Assembly (NCBI GenBank): GCA_017428025.1
Contig: JAFRRO010000028.1
Coordinates: 3,304 to 67,303 of the forward strand
Origin: Clostridia bacterium
GTDB lineage: Bacteria > Bacillota > Clostridia > Christensenellales > CAG-138
Length of the DNA: 64,000 bases
Direction: 5' to 3'
Positions 9,462 to 18,102 of this stretch are shown piece after piece. Position 1 is the stretch's first letter. Every line of letters starts with the position of its first letter. The notes under the pieces are model-generated. The model saw only the letters and a program-made list of their open reading frames with translations, was not told the DNA's origin and did no database searches. The position numbers and the translations under genes are program-made.

Positions 9462-10496
9462 ATGAAGCGCGCGTTCTGCATCTTTCTGTTGCTTTTGCTG
9501 CTGACCGGCTGCGCCGAGCCTGCGCTCGCGCCGGTCGCTTCGGCGACCGACGAACCGGACACGATCGTGGTGGTCCGGACCGAAGCGCCGACGCGCGAAC
9601 CGACCGCCGCGCCGACCGATACGCCGAAGCCGACCGAGACGCCCGTGCCGACCGACACGCCGGAGCCGACCGAAGCGCCGACGCCGACGCCCGAACCGGA
9701 ACCTTTCCGGCTGCGCGCGATTCCCGACGGCATGCGGCCGCGGCAGGGATATCAGATCACCGGACTTGCGGGCGTGCTGTTCTGCGGGGCAAAGCAGACC
9801 TATGCCGCGTACGGCGCGTTCGGCAAGGCGGAGCCCGCGTTCTATCCGTGCGACGAAACCGGCGCGGTGGAACCGTACGCGGAACCGATCGAAACCGTGA
9901 TGATGGTGCCGAACTATACGCCGACCGACGCGCCGGAGAAGGACGGCGAAGCGCTGCTCGTGGTGTATCTCGGTTCGCAGTGCGTTGTCTCCTACGAGGG
10001 ACAGGACGGCGAATGGGTGGTGCAGCGCATCATGATCTGCTCGACCGGACGCAGAAAGCACGAGACGCCGAAGGGCAATTACAAGATCTCCAACCGTTAC
10101 GACTACAAGATCCTCGGCACCGGCGAAACGAACTGCTACGGCTTCTGGGCGAGCCGGTTCAGCCATCACCTTCTGTTCCACTCGGTGCCGATCAGCGTGG
10201 AGGCGGGGCGCGACAAGGACAAGGCGCACCGGATGTGCGACATGCACAAATACGAAAAGCTCGGCACCGTCGCGTCCGACGGATGCGTCAGGCTGACCGT
10301 GATCGACGCGAAATGGATCTATGACTGGTCCGAAACCCGCAAGGTCGCGGTGCGCATCGTCGGCGATTCCGGACCGACGCCCGAAAAGCCGCCCGCCGTG
10401 ATCTGGGAGGAGCCGTACACCGACAAAAACGGCTACGGCTGGGATCCGACCGATCCCGATCCGGACAATCCGTACCTGCAGAAAAACGAAGAATAA
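9462..10496 (+). CDS. L,D-transpeptidase (YkuD-domain) lipoprotein
   Basis: It has a lipobox (LLLTGC), a long (E/A)PT-rich linker, and a conserved His followed by SDGCVRL (catalytic Cys motif) near the C-terminus. Confidence 0.8.
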   Translation: MKRAFCIFLLLLLLTGCAEPALAPVASATDEPDTIVVVRTEAPTREPTAAPTDTPKPTETPVPTDTPEPTEAPTPTPEPEPFRLRAIPDGMRPRQGYQITGLAGVLFCGAKQTYAAYGAFGKAEPAFYPCDETGAVEPYAEPIETVMMVPNYTPTDAPEKDGEALLVVYLGSQCVVSYEGQDGEWVVQRIMICSTGRRKHETPKGNYKISNRYDYKILGTGETNCYGFWASRFSHHLLFHSVPISVEAGRDKDKAHRMCDMHKYEKLGTVASDGCVRLTVIDAKWIYDWSETRKVAVRIVGDSGPTPEKPPAVIWEEPYTDKNGYGWDPTDPDPDNPYLQKNEE

Positions 10497-10525
10497 AACT
10501 TCCTTCATTTCTTCTAAGGAGCATT

Positions 10526-12250
10526 ATGGGAAAGCTCAGGGCATATATCCGGCCGTACATTCTCTATATCGCTTTCACCATGCTGGTTAAGCTCGGCGGC
10601 GCGGTCGCTGAGCTTTTTGTGCCTTATTTTATGGAACGCATCCTGCGCGAAGGCGTGGTTCCCGGACAGCAGAACCGCATCCTGATTTACGGCGGCGCGA
10701 TGCTGCTGTGCGCCGCCGTCTGCCTTGCGCTGAACATCACGGCGAACCGCATGTCGGCGCAGAGCTCCGGCAAGATCACGCGGAAGATTCGTTTCGATCT
10801 CTTTGAAAAGCTGAACACGCTGTCCGCGCGGCAGATGGACGAGCTCACGCTGCCGTCCGCCGAATCGCGGCTCACGAGCGACACCTATCGCGTCAACGAA
10901 TTCCTTGCCCGCGGGCAGCGGCTCGGCATCCGCGCTCCGATCCTGCTGGTCGGCGGCGTCTTTATGATGCTGACGATGGACGCGAAGCTGGCGCTCGTGC
11001 TTGTCGCGCTGCTGCCGATCATCGCGCTGACCGTGTGGATCATCACGAAAAAGAGCATTCCGCTCTATACGAAGGAGCAGGGCGAGCTCGACGACATGGT
11101 GCGCGTGGTGCAGGAGAACGTGACCGGCGTGCGCGTCATCAAGGCGCTGAGCAAGACGGACTATGAGCGCGAGCGGTTCGCCCGCGTCAACGAGGCACTG
11201 TGCGCCACCGACACGAAGGCGGGCGCCGTGACGGCGATCAACAATCCCGTTGCCTCGCTGGTGCTGAACCTCGGTCTGACGGCGGTCGTCGTGGTCGGCG
11301 CGTACCGCGTGCTCGGCGGAACGACCGGCGCTTCGGTCATCGTCGCGTTTCTGCAGTACTTCATCATGATTCTGAACGCCATGCTCGGCGTCACGCGCAT
11401 CTTCATCATGGCGTCGCGCGCGCAGGCATCCGCGCTGCGCGTGGCGCACGTACTGGAGCTCAAAAAGGACCTCGAACCGCGCGAAGCTTCAAACGAACCG
11501 GAGCCGGAAGCGCCGCATATCGCGTTTTCGGACGTCTCCTTCTCCTACACCGGCATCGGCGAAAACCTGTCGCATCTCTCGTTTGCGCTGAAACGCGGAC
11601 AGACGCTCGGCATCCTGGGCGCGACGGGCTCCGGCAAGAGCACGGTCGTGAACCTTCTGATGCGCATTTACGACGTCGATTCCGGTTCCGTCCGCATCGA
11701 CGGACGCGACGTGCGGGAGTATGAGAAGAACACGCTGTCCGCGAAGTTCGGCGTCGTATTCCAGAACGATTTCATCCACGAGGGCACGATCCGCGACAAC
11801 ATCCGCTTCTTCCGCGACATCCCGGACGAGGCGATCGAGCGCGCGGCGGTCGACGCGCAGGCGGCGGAGTTCATCGCCGAAAAGGACGGCGGCATGGACG
11901 CGGCGGTGTCGATCCGCGGAAACAACCTGTCCGGCGGGCAGAAGCAGCGGCTTCTGATCGCGCGGGCGCTGGCGGGCGATCCCGAGATCCTGATCCTCGA
12001 CGACGCATCGTCCGCGCTCGACTATCGCACCGACGCGGCGCTTCGAAAGGCGCTTCGCGCGCGCGGCGCGGTCACGACGATTCTGATTGCGCAGCGCATC
12101 TCCTCGGTCCGGCACGCCGATCTGATCCTCGTCTTTGCGGACGGCAGGGTGATCGGCGCGGGCAAACACGACGAGCTGCTCGAAACGTGCGCCGAATACC
12201 GGCTCATTGCGGAGTCCCAGATGGGCACCGGAGAGGAGGCGGACGCATGA
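10526..12250 (+). CDS. ABC exporter, fused permease/ATPase (heterodimer partner 1)
   Basis: It has six N-terminal TM helices, Walker A GATGSGKST, signature LSGGQKQR and Walker B ILILDDA. Confidence 0.9.
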   Translation: MGKLRAYIRPYILYIAFTMLVKLGGAVAELFVPYFMERILREGVVPGQQNRILIYGGAMLLCAAVCLALNITANRMSAQSSGKITRKIRFDLFEKLNTLSARQMDELTLPSAESRLTSDTYRVNEFLARGQRLGIRAPILLVGGVFMMLTMDAKLALVLVALLPIIALTVWIITKKSIPLYTKEQGELDDMVRVVQENVTGVRVIKALSKTDYERERFARVNEALCATDTKAGAVTAINNPVASLVLNLGLTAVVVVGAYRVLGGTTGASVIVAFLQYFIMILNAMLGVTRIFIMASRAQASALRVAHVLELKKDLEPREASNEPEPEAPHIAFSDVSFSYTGIGENLSHLSFALKRGQTLGILGATGSGKSTVVNLLMRIYDVDSGSVRIDGRDVREYEKNTLSAKFGVVFQNDFIHEGTIRDNIRFFRDIPDEAIERAAVDAQAAEFIAEKDGGMDAAVSIRGNNLSGGQKQRLLIARALAGDPEILILDDASSALDYRTDAALRKALRARGAVTTILIAQRISSVRHADLILVFADGRVIGAGKHDELLETCAEYRLIAESQMGTGEEADA

Positions 12251-14022
12251 AGCGGAACGAAACCTCCCGATCCTCGCTGAAACACCGCGGCAGGCTTCTG
12301 AAGCGCATGTGGCAGTACATGGGCAGAAACCGGCTGATGATCGTGCTTGCGGTGCTGCTTTCCGCGGCGTCGTCACTGCTGTCGCTGTACGGTCCCAAGC
12401 TGTCCGGTCAGGCGATCAACGCGATCACCGATCCGAACGGCATCGATTTCAAGGTCGTTTTGACCTGCGCCGCATGGATGGCGGGCTGCTACATTCTGTC
12501 GGCGGGATTCTCCTATCTGCTGCAGTACGTGATGATCCGGCTTTCGCGCCGCGTTGCCAAACAGATGCGGCACGACATCTTCGAAAACCTCACGCGGCTG
12601 CCGGTCGCGTACTTCGACAACCGCCAGGTCGGCGACATCGTCAGCGTCATCACCTACGACGTCGACACGGTCAACCAGTCGCTGGCGGCGGACGCGCTGC
12701 AGATTCTGCAGAGCACGATCACCGTCGTCGTCTCGCTCGTCATGATGCTCTCGATCGCGCCGGTTCTGGTGCCGGTGTTCGCGGTGACGATCCCGATCAC
12801 GATCCTGTTCACGCGATGGCTTGCCAACCGCGTGCGTCCGATGTTCCGCTTCCGCAGCAAGAAGCTCGGCGAGCTGAACGGCTTTGTCGAGGAGATGCTC
12901 GGCGGGCAGAAGACCGTACGCGCCTACGGACGCGAGGACGCGGTGCAGGAACGCTTTGAGGAAAAGAACGTCGAGGCCGTCAACGCCTATACGCGCGCCG
13001 AAGCGAACGGCACCGTCACCGGTCCTTCGGTCAACTTCATCAACAACGTGTCGCTGGCGCTCGTGTGCGTGATCGGCTCGTGGCTGTTCCTGAAGGGCCG
13101 CATCCGGCTCGGCGATCTGTCGAGCTTCGTGCAGTATTCGCGCAAGTTCTCCGGTCCGATCAACGAGGTCGCAAACATCATCGCCGAGCTGCAGAGCGCG
13201 TTCGCGGCGGCGGAGCGCGTGTTTGCGCTGATCGACGCGGAACCGGAAGCCGCCGACGCGGCGGACGCGAAGGAGCTTGCCGACGTGCGCGGAGAGGTCG
13301 AGATCGACCGCGTGAACTTCTCCTATGACAAGGTCCGCCCGATCATCACAAACTTCAGCCTCGAAGCGCCGCCCGGCTCGCTGATCGCGATCGTCGGACC
13401 GACCGGCGCGGGCAAGACGACGATCATCAACCTTCTGATGCGCTTCTACGACGTCGACAAGGGCGAGATCCGCGTCGATCAACAGCCGATCCGCTCGCTT
13501 ACGCGCGCGTCGCTTCGAAAGGCGTACGCGATGGTGCTGCAGGATACGTGGCTGTTCTCCGGAACGATCTTCGACAACATCGCCTACGGCAAGAAGGACG
13601 CGACCGAAGCGGAGGTCGTCGCCGCGGCGAAGGCGGCGCACATCCACAGCTACATTTCACGCCTCAAGGACGGGTATCAGACCGTGCTGTACGACAACGG
13701 CGCGGGCATTTCGAAGGGACAGAAGCAGCTGCTGACGATCGCGCGGGCGATGCTTCTGGACGCGAACATGCTGATCCTCGACGAAGCGACGTCGAACGTC
13801 GACACGCGCACCGAGCAGCATATCCAGGCGGCGATGCGCGAACTGATGAAGAACAAGACCTGCTTTGTGATTGCGCACCGCCTTTCGACGATCCGCAACG
13901 CGGACAACATCCTCGTCATGCGCGGCGGACAGGTCGTGGAGCAGGGTACGCACGATCAGCTGATGCAGCGGCCGAGCTTCTATCGCGAGCTCTACCGCGC
14001 GCAGTTCGAAAGCGCGGAATAA
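12247..14022 (+). CDS. ABC exporter, fused permease/ATPase (heterodimer partner 2)
   Basis: The ATG at 12247 overlaps the upstream stop (ATGA). It has Walker A GPTGAGKTT, signature ISKGQKQL and Walker B MLILDEA. Confidence 0.9.
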   Translation: MKRNETSRSSLKHRGRLLKRMWQYMGRNRLMIVLAVLLSAASSLLSLYGPKLSGQAINAITDPNGIDFKVVLTCAAWMAGCYILSAGFSYLLQYVMIRLSRRVAKQMRHDIFENLTRLPVAYFDNRQVGDIVSVITYDVDTVNQSLAADALQILQSTITVVVSLVMMLSIAPVLVPVFAVTIPITILFTRWLANRVRPMFRFRSKKLGELNGFVEEMLGGQKTVRAYGREDAVQERFEEKNVEAVNAYTRAEANGTVTGPSVNFINNVSLALVCVIGSWLFLKGRIRLGDLSSFVQYSRKFSGPINEVANIIAELQSAFAAAERVFALIDAEPEAADAADAKELADVRGEVEIDRVNFSYDKVRPIITNFSLEAPPGSLIAIVGPTGAGKTTIINLLMRFYDVDKGEIRVDQQPIRSLTRASLRKAYAMVLQDTWLFSGTIFDNIAYGKKDATEAEVVAAAKAAHIHSYISRLKDGYQTVLYDNGAGISKGQKQLLTIARAMLLDANMLILDEATSNVDTRTEQHIQAAMRELMKNKTCFVIAHRLSTIRNADNILVMRGGQVVEQGTHDQLMQRPSFYRELYRAQFESAE

Positions 14023-14088
14023 TTGCTTGCAACAGATACGCGAAGCATGCTATGCTATTATATATTATTATGATAAGGGGGTAGTAAA

Positions 14089-14721
14089 ATGTATTGTCAA
14101 AAATGCGGTAAGCCGCTGCAGGACGGCGCCTCGTTCTGTATCGGCTGCGGCGCTCCGGTCGATCTGCCGGACGTCAAGCCTGACGTTGTCCGGTCGAAAA
14201 AACATGCGAGCCTGACGGTCCCTATGATCTTTGCGGCGATCACTATGACGCTGTTTCTGGTCAGTTGGATCGGCAGTCTGTCAAGCGTGTCCTATTTCTT
14301 CAGTCATATGCGTGAGGTGCCGGTCTTTGCGCTGTTTGCGATTGACAACATCGTATATGTGCCGATCTGGATCGTCGGTTCACTGTGCATCTTCCTGTTC
14401 TGCCTGACCGAACGGAAGAGCGGCAAAACGACGCTCCTCGGGATCGGCTGTCTGATCCTTGCATTTGTCTGCGCCTATTCGCTTCTGTACCGTCTGGTCT
14501 ATATCGTCATCGTACTGGCGGCGGACGGCGTCAGCCCTACGGAAGCGTTCCGTATGTCGTTCACCGTCAAGGGATCTCTCCGTCAGCTTCTCTGCAGCGC
14601 CGGCGCGGTTCTGTTCCTGATCGAGGCGATCTCGGCGTTCAAGGGCAAGGTCAATAAGATCATCGGGATTCTTGCAGCATGCGTCGTTCTGGCGCTTGCA
14701 CTGCTTACCATTACGTTTTGA
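14089..14721 (+). CDS. Zinc-ribbon-domain membrane protein
   Basis: It has an N-terminal MYCQKCGKPL..CIGCGAP zinc ribbon followed by about five hydrophobic helices. The SD is AAGGGGG. Confidence 0.75.
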   Translation: MYCQKCGKPLQDGASFCIGCGAPVDLPDVKPDVVRSKKHASLTVPMIFAAITMTLFLVSWIGSLSSVSYFFSHMREVPVFALFAIDNIVYVPIWIVGSLCIFLFCLTERKSGKTTLLGIGCLILAFVCAYSLLYRLVYIVIVLAADGVSPTEAFRMSFTVKGSLRQLLCSAGAVLFLIEAISAFKGKVNKIIGILAACVVLALALLTITF

Positions 14722-14734
14722 GGAGGCAACCATC

Positions 14735-14845
14735 ATGAATTACTCTTTTTCCTGGGTAAACTTCGCGGAGTGTCTTGCCCTTGCCTTTCTGGGCGTGTCG
14801 CTCCTTCTGATCACAATTCTCCGCAAATCCACAAAAAAGGACTGA
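14735..14845 (+). CDS. Candidate 36-aa single-TM micro-protein (not in the ORF track)
   Basis: GAGGAGG lies 7 nt upstream of the ATG at 14735. The translation is MNYSFSWVNFAECLALAFLGVSLLLITILRKSTKKD, and it starts 13 nt after the upstream stop. Confidence 0.4.
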   Translation: MNYSFSWVNFAECLALAFLGVSLLLITILRKSTKKD

Positions 14846-14982
14846 ACCTGCAAGCGAAAAACTGACCGGACTGCCGTAAAGGCAGGCGGAAGAGGCGTTT
14901 TGTCAATCATTGAATACAAGAAAAAGTGCGATCTGCAGAATCATTGCTGATCGCACTTTCCGACTTAACAAGGAATGACGCA

Positions 14983-15026
14983 AAAACCATGCGCCGGTGC
15001 GGCTGCACCGGCGCTCTCTTTCTTTC
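14983..15026. terminator. Terminator hairpin downstream of the LRR gene
   Basis: GCGCCGGTGC-ggct-GCACCGGCGC (14991-15014) is a perfect 10-bp stem. It has an A-run on one side and a T-rich run on the other. Confidence 0.75.
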
Positions 15027-15029
15027 GGA

Positions 15030-16178
15030 TCAGGCATCGGACCAGTTATAGGAGATCTCGAACGGATAGCCGTTGTTGATCATGTCGTCGATCGCCAGCG
15101 AGGCGTCGTTGTCGCCCTGCTCCAGCACGATCTTACGAAGATGCGAACAGGTCTGGAGATTGTAGTAGTCGTGAAACAGAATCGGGCATTTGCCGATGTC
15201 GAGCTTCTTCAGCGCGGGGAACTGATCGAAGTAGGAGATGTCGCTGATGTTCGTGCGGTTGACGCGAAGCTGCGTCAGCTTCTTCAGCGCGGTCAGCGGC
15301 TTGACGTTCTTCAGCTTGCTGTTGCGTCCGATGTGCAGGAACGTCAGTTTCGTCAGGCTCGTCAGCGGCTGCACGTCCGTGATCTTCTTGAGATCGTAGA
15401 GATAGAGCGTCTCCAGATTCGTCAGATAGCCGATCGGCTCGAGGTCCTCATCCTCCAGCGGGTTGTCGCCGAGGTTCAGATACGTCAGCTTCTTGAGCGC
15501 GGCGAGCGCGGTCGTATCGCTGATGTTGTTGTGCACGAGGTTCAAGGAGCGCAGTTCGGTCAGGTCCTCGAGCCAGTCGATGTTCTTGATCGCGTTGCCG
15601 CCGCCCGCGCCGCAGCTCGACAGCTGAAGCTTGCGCAGCTTCGTGAGATCGCCGAGCGGCGTGTAGTCGTCCATGTAGCAGTAATCGAGAATCAGCTCTT
15701 CGAGGTCGGGGCACAGCTCGACCAGATCCTTGACCTCATCCTTCTTGATGTGCTTCAGCTTGTTCTTCTTGCCGTTGATGCCGAGGCTCTTGCCGTTGAT
15801 CTTCGTTGTGCCGGTCTTGATCTTCTTGCCGCCGAACGTGAACGAATCCGGCTTCTTGGTTGCCTTCGGCGCTTCGGTGGGCTTCGGCGTCGGCTCCTCG
15901 GTCGGTTCCGGCGTTGCGGTCGGTTCCGGCAGTTCGGGATTCGGCGTAATGATCAGCGGCGTCGGCTCCTCCGTCGGCGCCTCCGTCGGCGGTTCCGTCA
16001 CGACCGGCGACGGCGTGGCTTCCGCTGCCGGCGCTTCCGCCGGTACGCAGCGAACGATGTCCAGATGCAGCAGCACCAGGAACGAGATCACCAGAGTCAT
16101 CAGAATGATCGTACAGCAAAGCACGAGAATCAACCAGAGCGGGACGCCGGCGATGCCGGACTTCTTGGACTTATCCAT
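15030..16178 (-). CDS. Membrane-anchored leucine-rich-repeat (internalin-like) surface protein
   Basis: It has an N-terminal TM anchor and a PT/E-rich linker. About 10 LRR units (L..L..L.L..N.I.D) follow. AGGAGG precedes the ATG. Confidence 0.8.
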   Translation of the reverse strand: MDKSKKSGIAGVPLWLILVLCCTIILMTLVISFLVLLHLDIVRCVPAEAPAAEATPSPVVTEPPTEAPTEEPTPLIITPNPELPEPTATPEPTEEPTPKPTEAPKATKKPDSFTFGGKKIKTGTTKINGKSLGINGKKNKLKHIKKDEVKDLVELCPDLEELILDYCYMDDYTPLGDLTKLRKLQLSSCGAGGGNAIKNIDWLEDLTELRSLNLVHNNISDTTALAALKKLTYLNLGDNPLEDEDLEPIGYLTNLETLYLYDLKKITDVQPLTSLTKLTFLHIGRNSKLKNVKPLTALKKLTQLRVNRTNISDISYFDQFPALKKLDIGKCPILFHDYYNLQTCSHLRKIVLEQGDNDASLAIDDMINNGYPFEISYNWSDA

Positions 16179-16211
16179 GGAATCCTCCTTTGTTCGATCG
16201 GTCGATGGGAA

Positions 16212-16976
16212 CTAAAACACCAGCTGGAACAGCAGCAGACCGGCGGCGAGACTCGCCGCGTTTGCCGCGAGCGTGAACAGCAGCACAAACCATCTCTTGC
16301 GCTGCGGATATTTGCAGCGGTAGAACAGGTATTCCACCAGCACAACGACCGCTTCCAGAACGACCAGCGCGATCCAGTAGCCGACGCTGCCCGTCAAGCC
16401 GCTCAGGATCAGCAGCACGATGTTCATCGGAATGTTCGTGATGAGATTCGCGATGATGATATAGCGGAACGGCTTCATTTTGAAGCACAGACCGACGAGG
16501 AATTCGATGAGAATCGTCAGCGCAAACGCTGCAAGGATCTCCAGAAGCAGCATCAGCAGGAACAGAAACACATCGCCGATGCAGGTCGTATCCAGCGATC
16601 CGGTGCGGTCCGTCAGCACGTTCGTTTTGCCGTCGTAACGGTAGACGCCGTTCGGTGTGATCGGCAGCGTATTGGACTGCACGACCGTACCGTCCGGCCG
16701 CGTGATCTCGAGATAGAACTGTGTATCGCTGTCCGAACGCCGGAAGTATTCATTGGCATCCTCGCGCTGCACGGTGCGCGCTCCGTATATCGTGTCCGGA
16801 TGAAAGACGCCGTCCTCTCCGGCAAACATTGCGTTCATCACGGTTCCGACTTCCACATTGCGGCATTGAATTTTGACGCTCAGCGGATCGGGCGCCGGCG
16901 CGTTGGCGCTTGCCGCCTGCGGTATCGCCAGCAGCACGCAAAGCAGCAGAAGAAGAATGATGCTCCGTTTCTTCAT
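16212..16976 (-). CDS. Hypothetical secreted-domain plus 4-5 TM membrane protein
   Basis: A signal peptide (MKKRSIILLLLLCVLLAIPQAASA) is followed by a soluble domain of about 110 aa and a hydrophobic C-terminal half. Confidence 0.65.
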   Translation of the reverse strand: MKKRSIILLLLLCVLLAIPQAASANAPAPDPLSVKIQCRNVEVGTVMNAMFAGEDGVFHPDTIYGARTVQREDANEYFRRSDSDTQFYLEITRPDGTVVQSNTLPITPNGVYRYDGKTNVLTDRTGSLDTTCIGDVFLFLLMLLLEILAAFALTILIEFLVGLCFKMKPFRYIIIANLITNIPMNIVLLILSGLTGSVGYWIALVVLEAVVVLVEYLFYRCKYPQRKRWFVLLFTLAANAASLAAGLLLFQLVF

Positions 16977-17167
16977 TGCGATTTCCCCCTATAATATGAT
17001 TGATTATACCATAGCGCAAGCGAAGTTGTCCATCGAATGTCCGCAGGGTTTACAAAATATCATATAAAACCGCCTGTTTCGCAGATGCGCCGCGTGTGCG
17101 GCGGCGAAAAATATATCCTTGCTGTCCCATAAAAGGACTTTCCATTTTCCGGTACTTCTGGTATACT

Positions 17168-17190
17168 TGTTATATTCGAACATACGTTCG
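17168..17190 (+). promoter_or_regulatory. Extended -10 promoter (TGtTATATT) immediately followed by a perfect LexA/Cheo box CGAACATACGTTCG
   Basis: TG at 17168-17169 and TATATT at 17171-17176. CGAAC-N4-GTTCG at 17177-17190 matches the Firmicute LexA consensus exactly. It lies 28 nt upstream of the ATG at 17218. Confidence 0.7.
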
Positions 17191-17217
17191 ATTATTCCGC
17201 ATGAAAGGAGCAGGAGA

Positions 17218-17601
17218 ATGGATTTGAAAGAATGGAAGAAGCTTGCGGAACAGGAAGTGTACCGGTATCGGGACAATCAGGCGTATGTGCGCGGCGTTCT
17301 GGACGGCGGCGGCAGCAGCGACAACATCAAGCTTAAGCAGCGCGCCCGCTGGGTGCTTGCGGTGGACTATGTGAAGGAGTATCTGAAACGGACCGATCCG
17401 CAGAAAGCCGCGGTGTTTTCGCAGCTGTTCGGGCTCGACCGTCCGCTTCGCCGTGCCGAAGAACGCCGCTCGATCGTTTCGCTGAGCATGGAACGGAACA
17501 TATCGCCGACCACGCTGTACAAATGGAAGTCGGAGATGCTGTCTCTCGTACTGCTCGCCGCCGCGCAGACCGGCGCGCTGCGATTGTACTCCATCGATTA
17601 A
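17218..17601 (+). CDS. Small HTH protein resembling phage late-gene activators (RinA/ArpU / sigma-70 region-4-like)
   Basis: 127 aa with GGAG 7 nt upstream of the ATG. The C-terminal HTH-like segment is VSLSMERNISPTTLYKWKSEML. The family assignment is from pattern memory only. Confidence 0.55.
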   Translation: MDLKEWKKLAEQEVYRYRDNQAYVRGVLDGGGSSDNIKLKQRARWVLAVDYVKEYLKRTDPQKAAVFSQLFGLDRPLRRAEERRSIVSLSMERNISPTTLYKWKSEMLSLVLLAAAQTGALRLYSID

Positions 17602-17609
17602 GAGGAAAG

Positions 17610-17634
17610 AGGGTGCGGCTTTCGCACCCTTTTC
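17610..17634 (+). terminator. Intrinsic terminator
   Basis: AGGGTGCG-gcttt-CGCACCCT is followed by TTTCC. Confidence 0.7.
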
Positions 17635-17810
17635 CATATCCGCACGATCGGTTAACCTTTCATCCGCGTGCATGGAAAACATGCAATATACAATCCTTAA
17701 ACCGAGAACATACGTCGTTTTGCGTGTAATTCCGTTAATCTTTGAACGATTTATGAATTATTCATTGAGTATTCAACCCGCCTATACCGCATATGCAGGG
17801 CAGGAAAATC

Positions 17811-17881
17811 GGTGGATAACTCCGAAAAATCCGACGATACGTGCCTCCGATTGTGGATAACTGTGTGGACGATGTGGAAAT
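17811..17881. promoter_or_regulatory. Cluster of DnaA-box-like motifs
   Basis: TGTGGATAA (17852-17860) is the perfect reverse complement of TTATCCACA. GGTGGATAA (17811-17819) has 1 mismatch. TGTGGACGA (17864-17872) and TGTGGAAAT (17873-17881) have 2 mismatches each. All four are in the same orientation. Confidence 0.5.
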
Positions 17882-18063
17882 GTATGCGATTATACACCCG
17901 CATTTGAAGGAATGAATATTCAACCGCACCGTGCAGTCCTGTCGAAAACCGCCGAATCGCGGGGACTTGCGCGGTTCGCCGCCGGATCCCCTCTATGCAT
18001 GAAGGTTTCCGGTCGATGAATAAGCGGTATGCTCCTCCGCTGCAACCGGTTTGCAAACAAAAA

Positions 18064-18085
18064 AGAGCCGTCGCGCGACGGCTCT
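18064..18085. terminator. Bidirectional terminator
   Basis: AGAGCCGTCG-CG-CGACGGCTCT has an A-run upstream and a T-run downstream. Confidence 0.8.
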
Positions 18086-18102
18086 TTTCTTCATTTTTAC
18101 AG

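Noticed and set aside
17703-17716. A second LexA-like site, AGAACATACGTCGT, downstream of the 127-aa gene.
   Set aside because: It has four mismatches to CGAAC-N4-GTTCG and the right half-site is lost. It is not in a promoter position.
17811-17881. The DnaA-box cluster considered as the chromosomal origin oriC.
   Set aside because: There is no dnaA, dnaN, rpmH or other origin-linked gene in 64 kb. Only one box is perfect and no clear AT-rich unwinding repeats are present. It is reported as an orphan box cluster instead.
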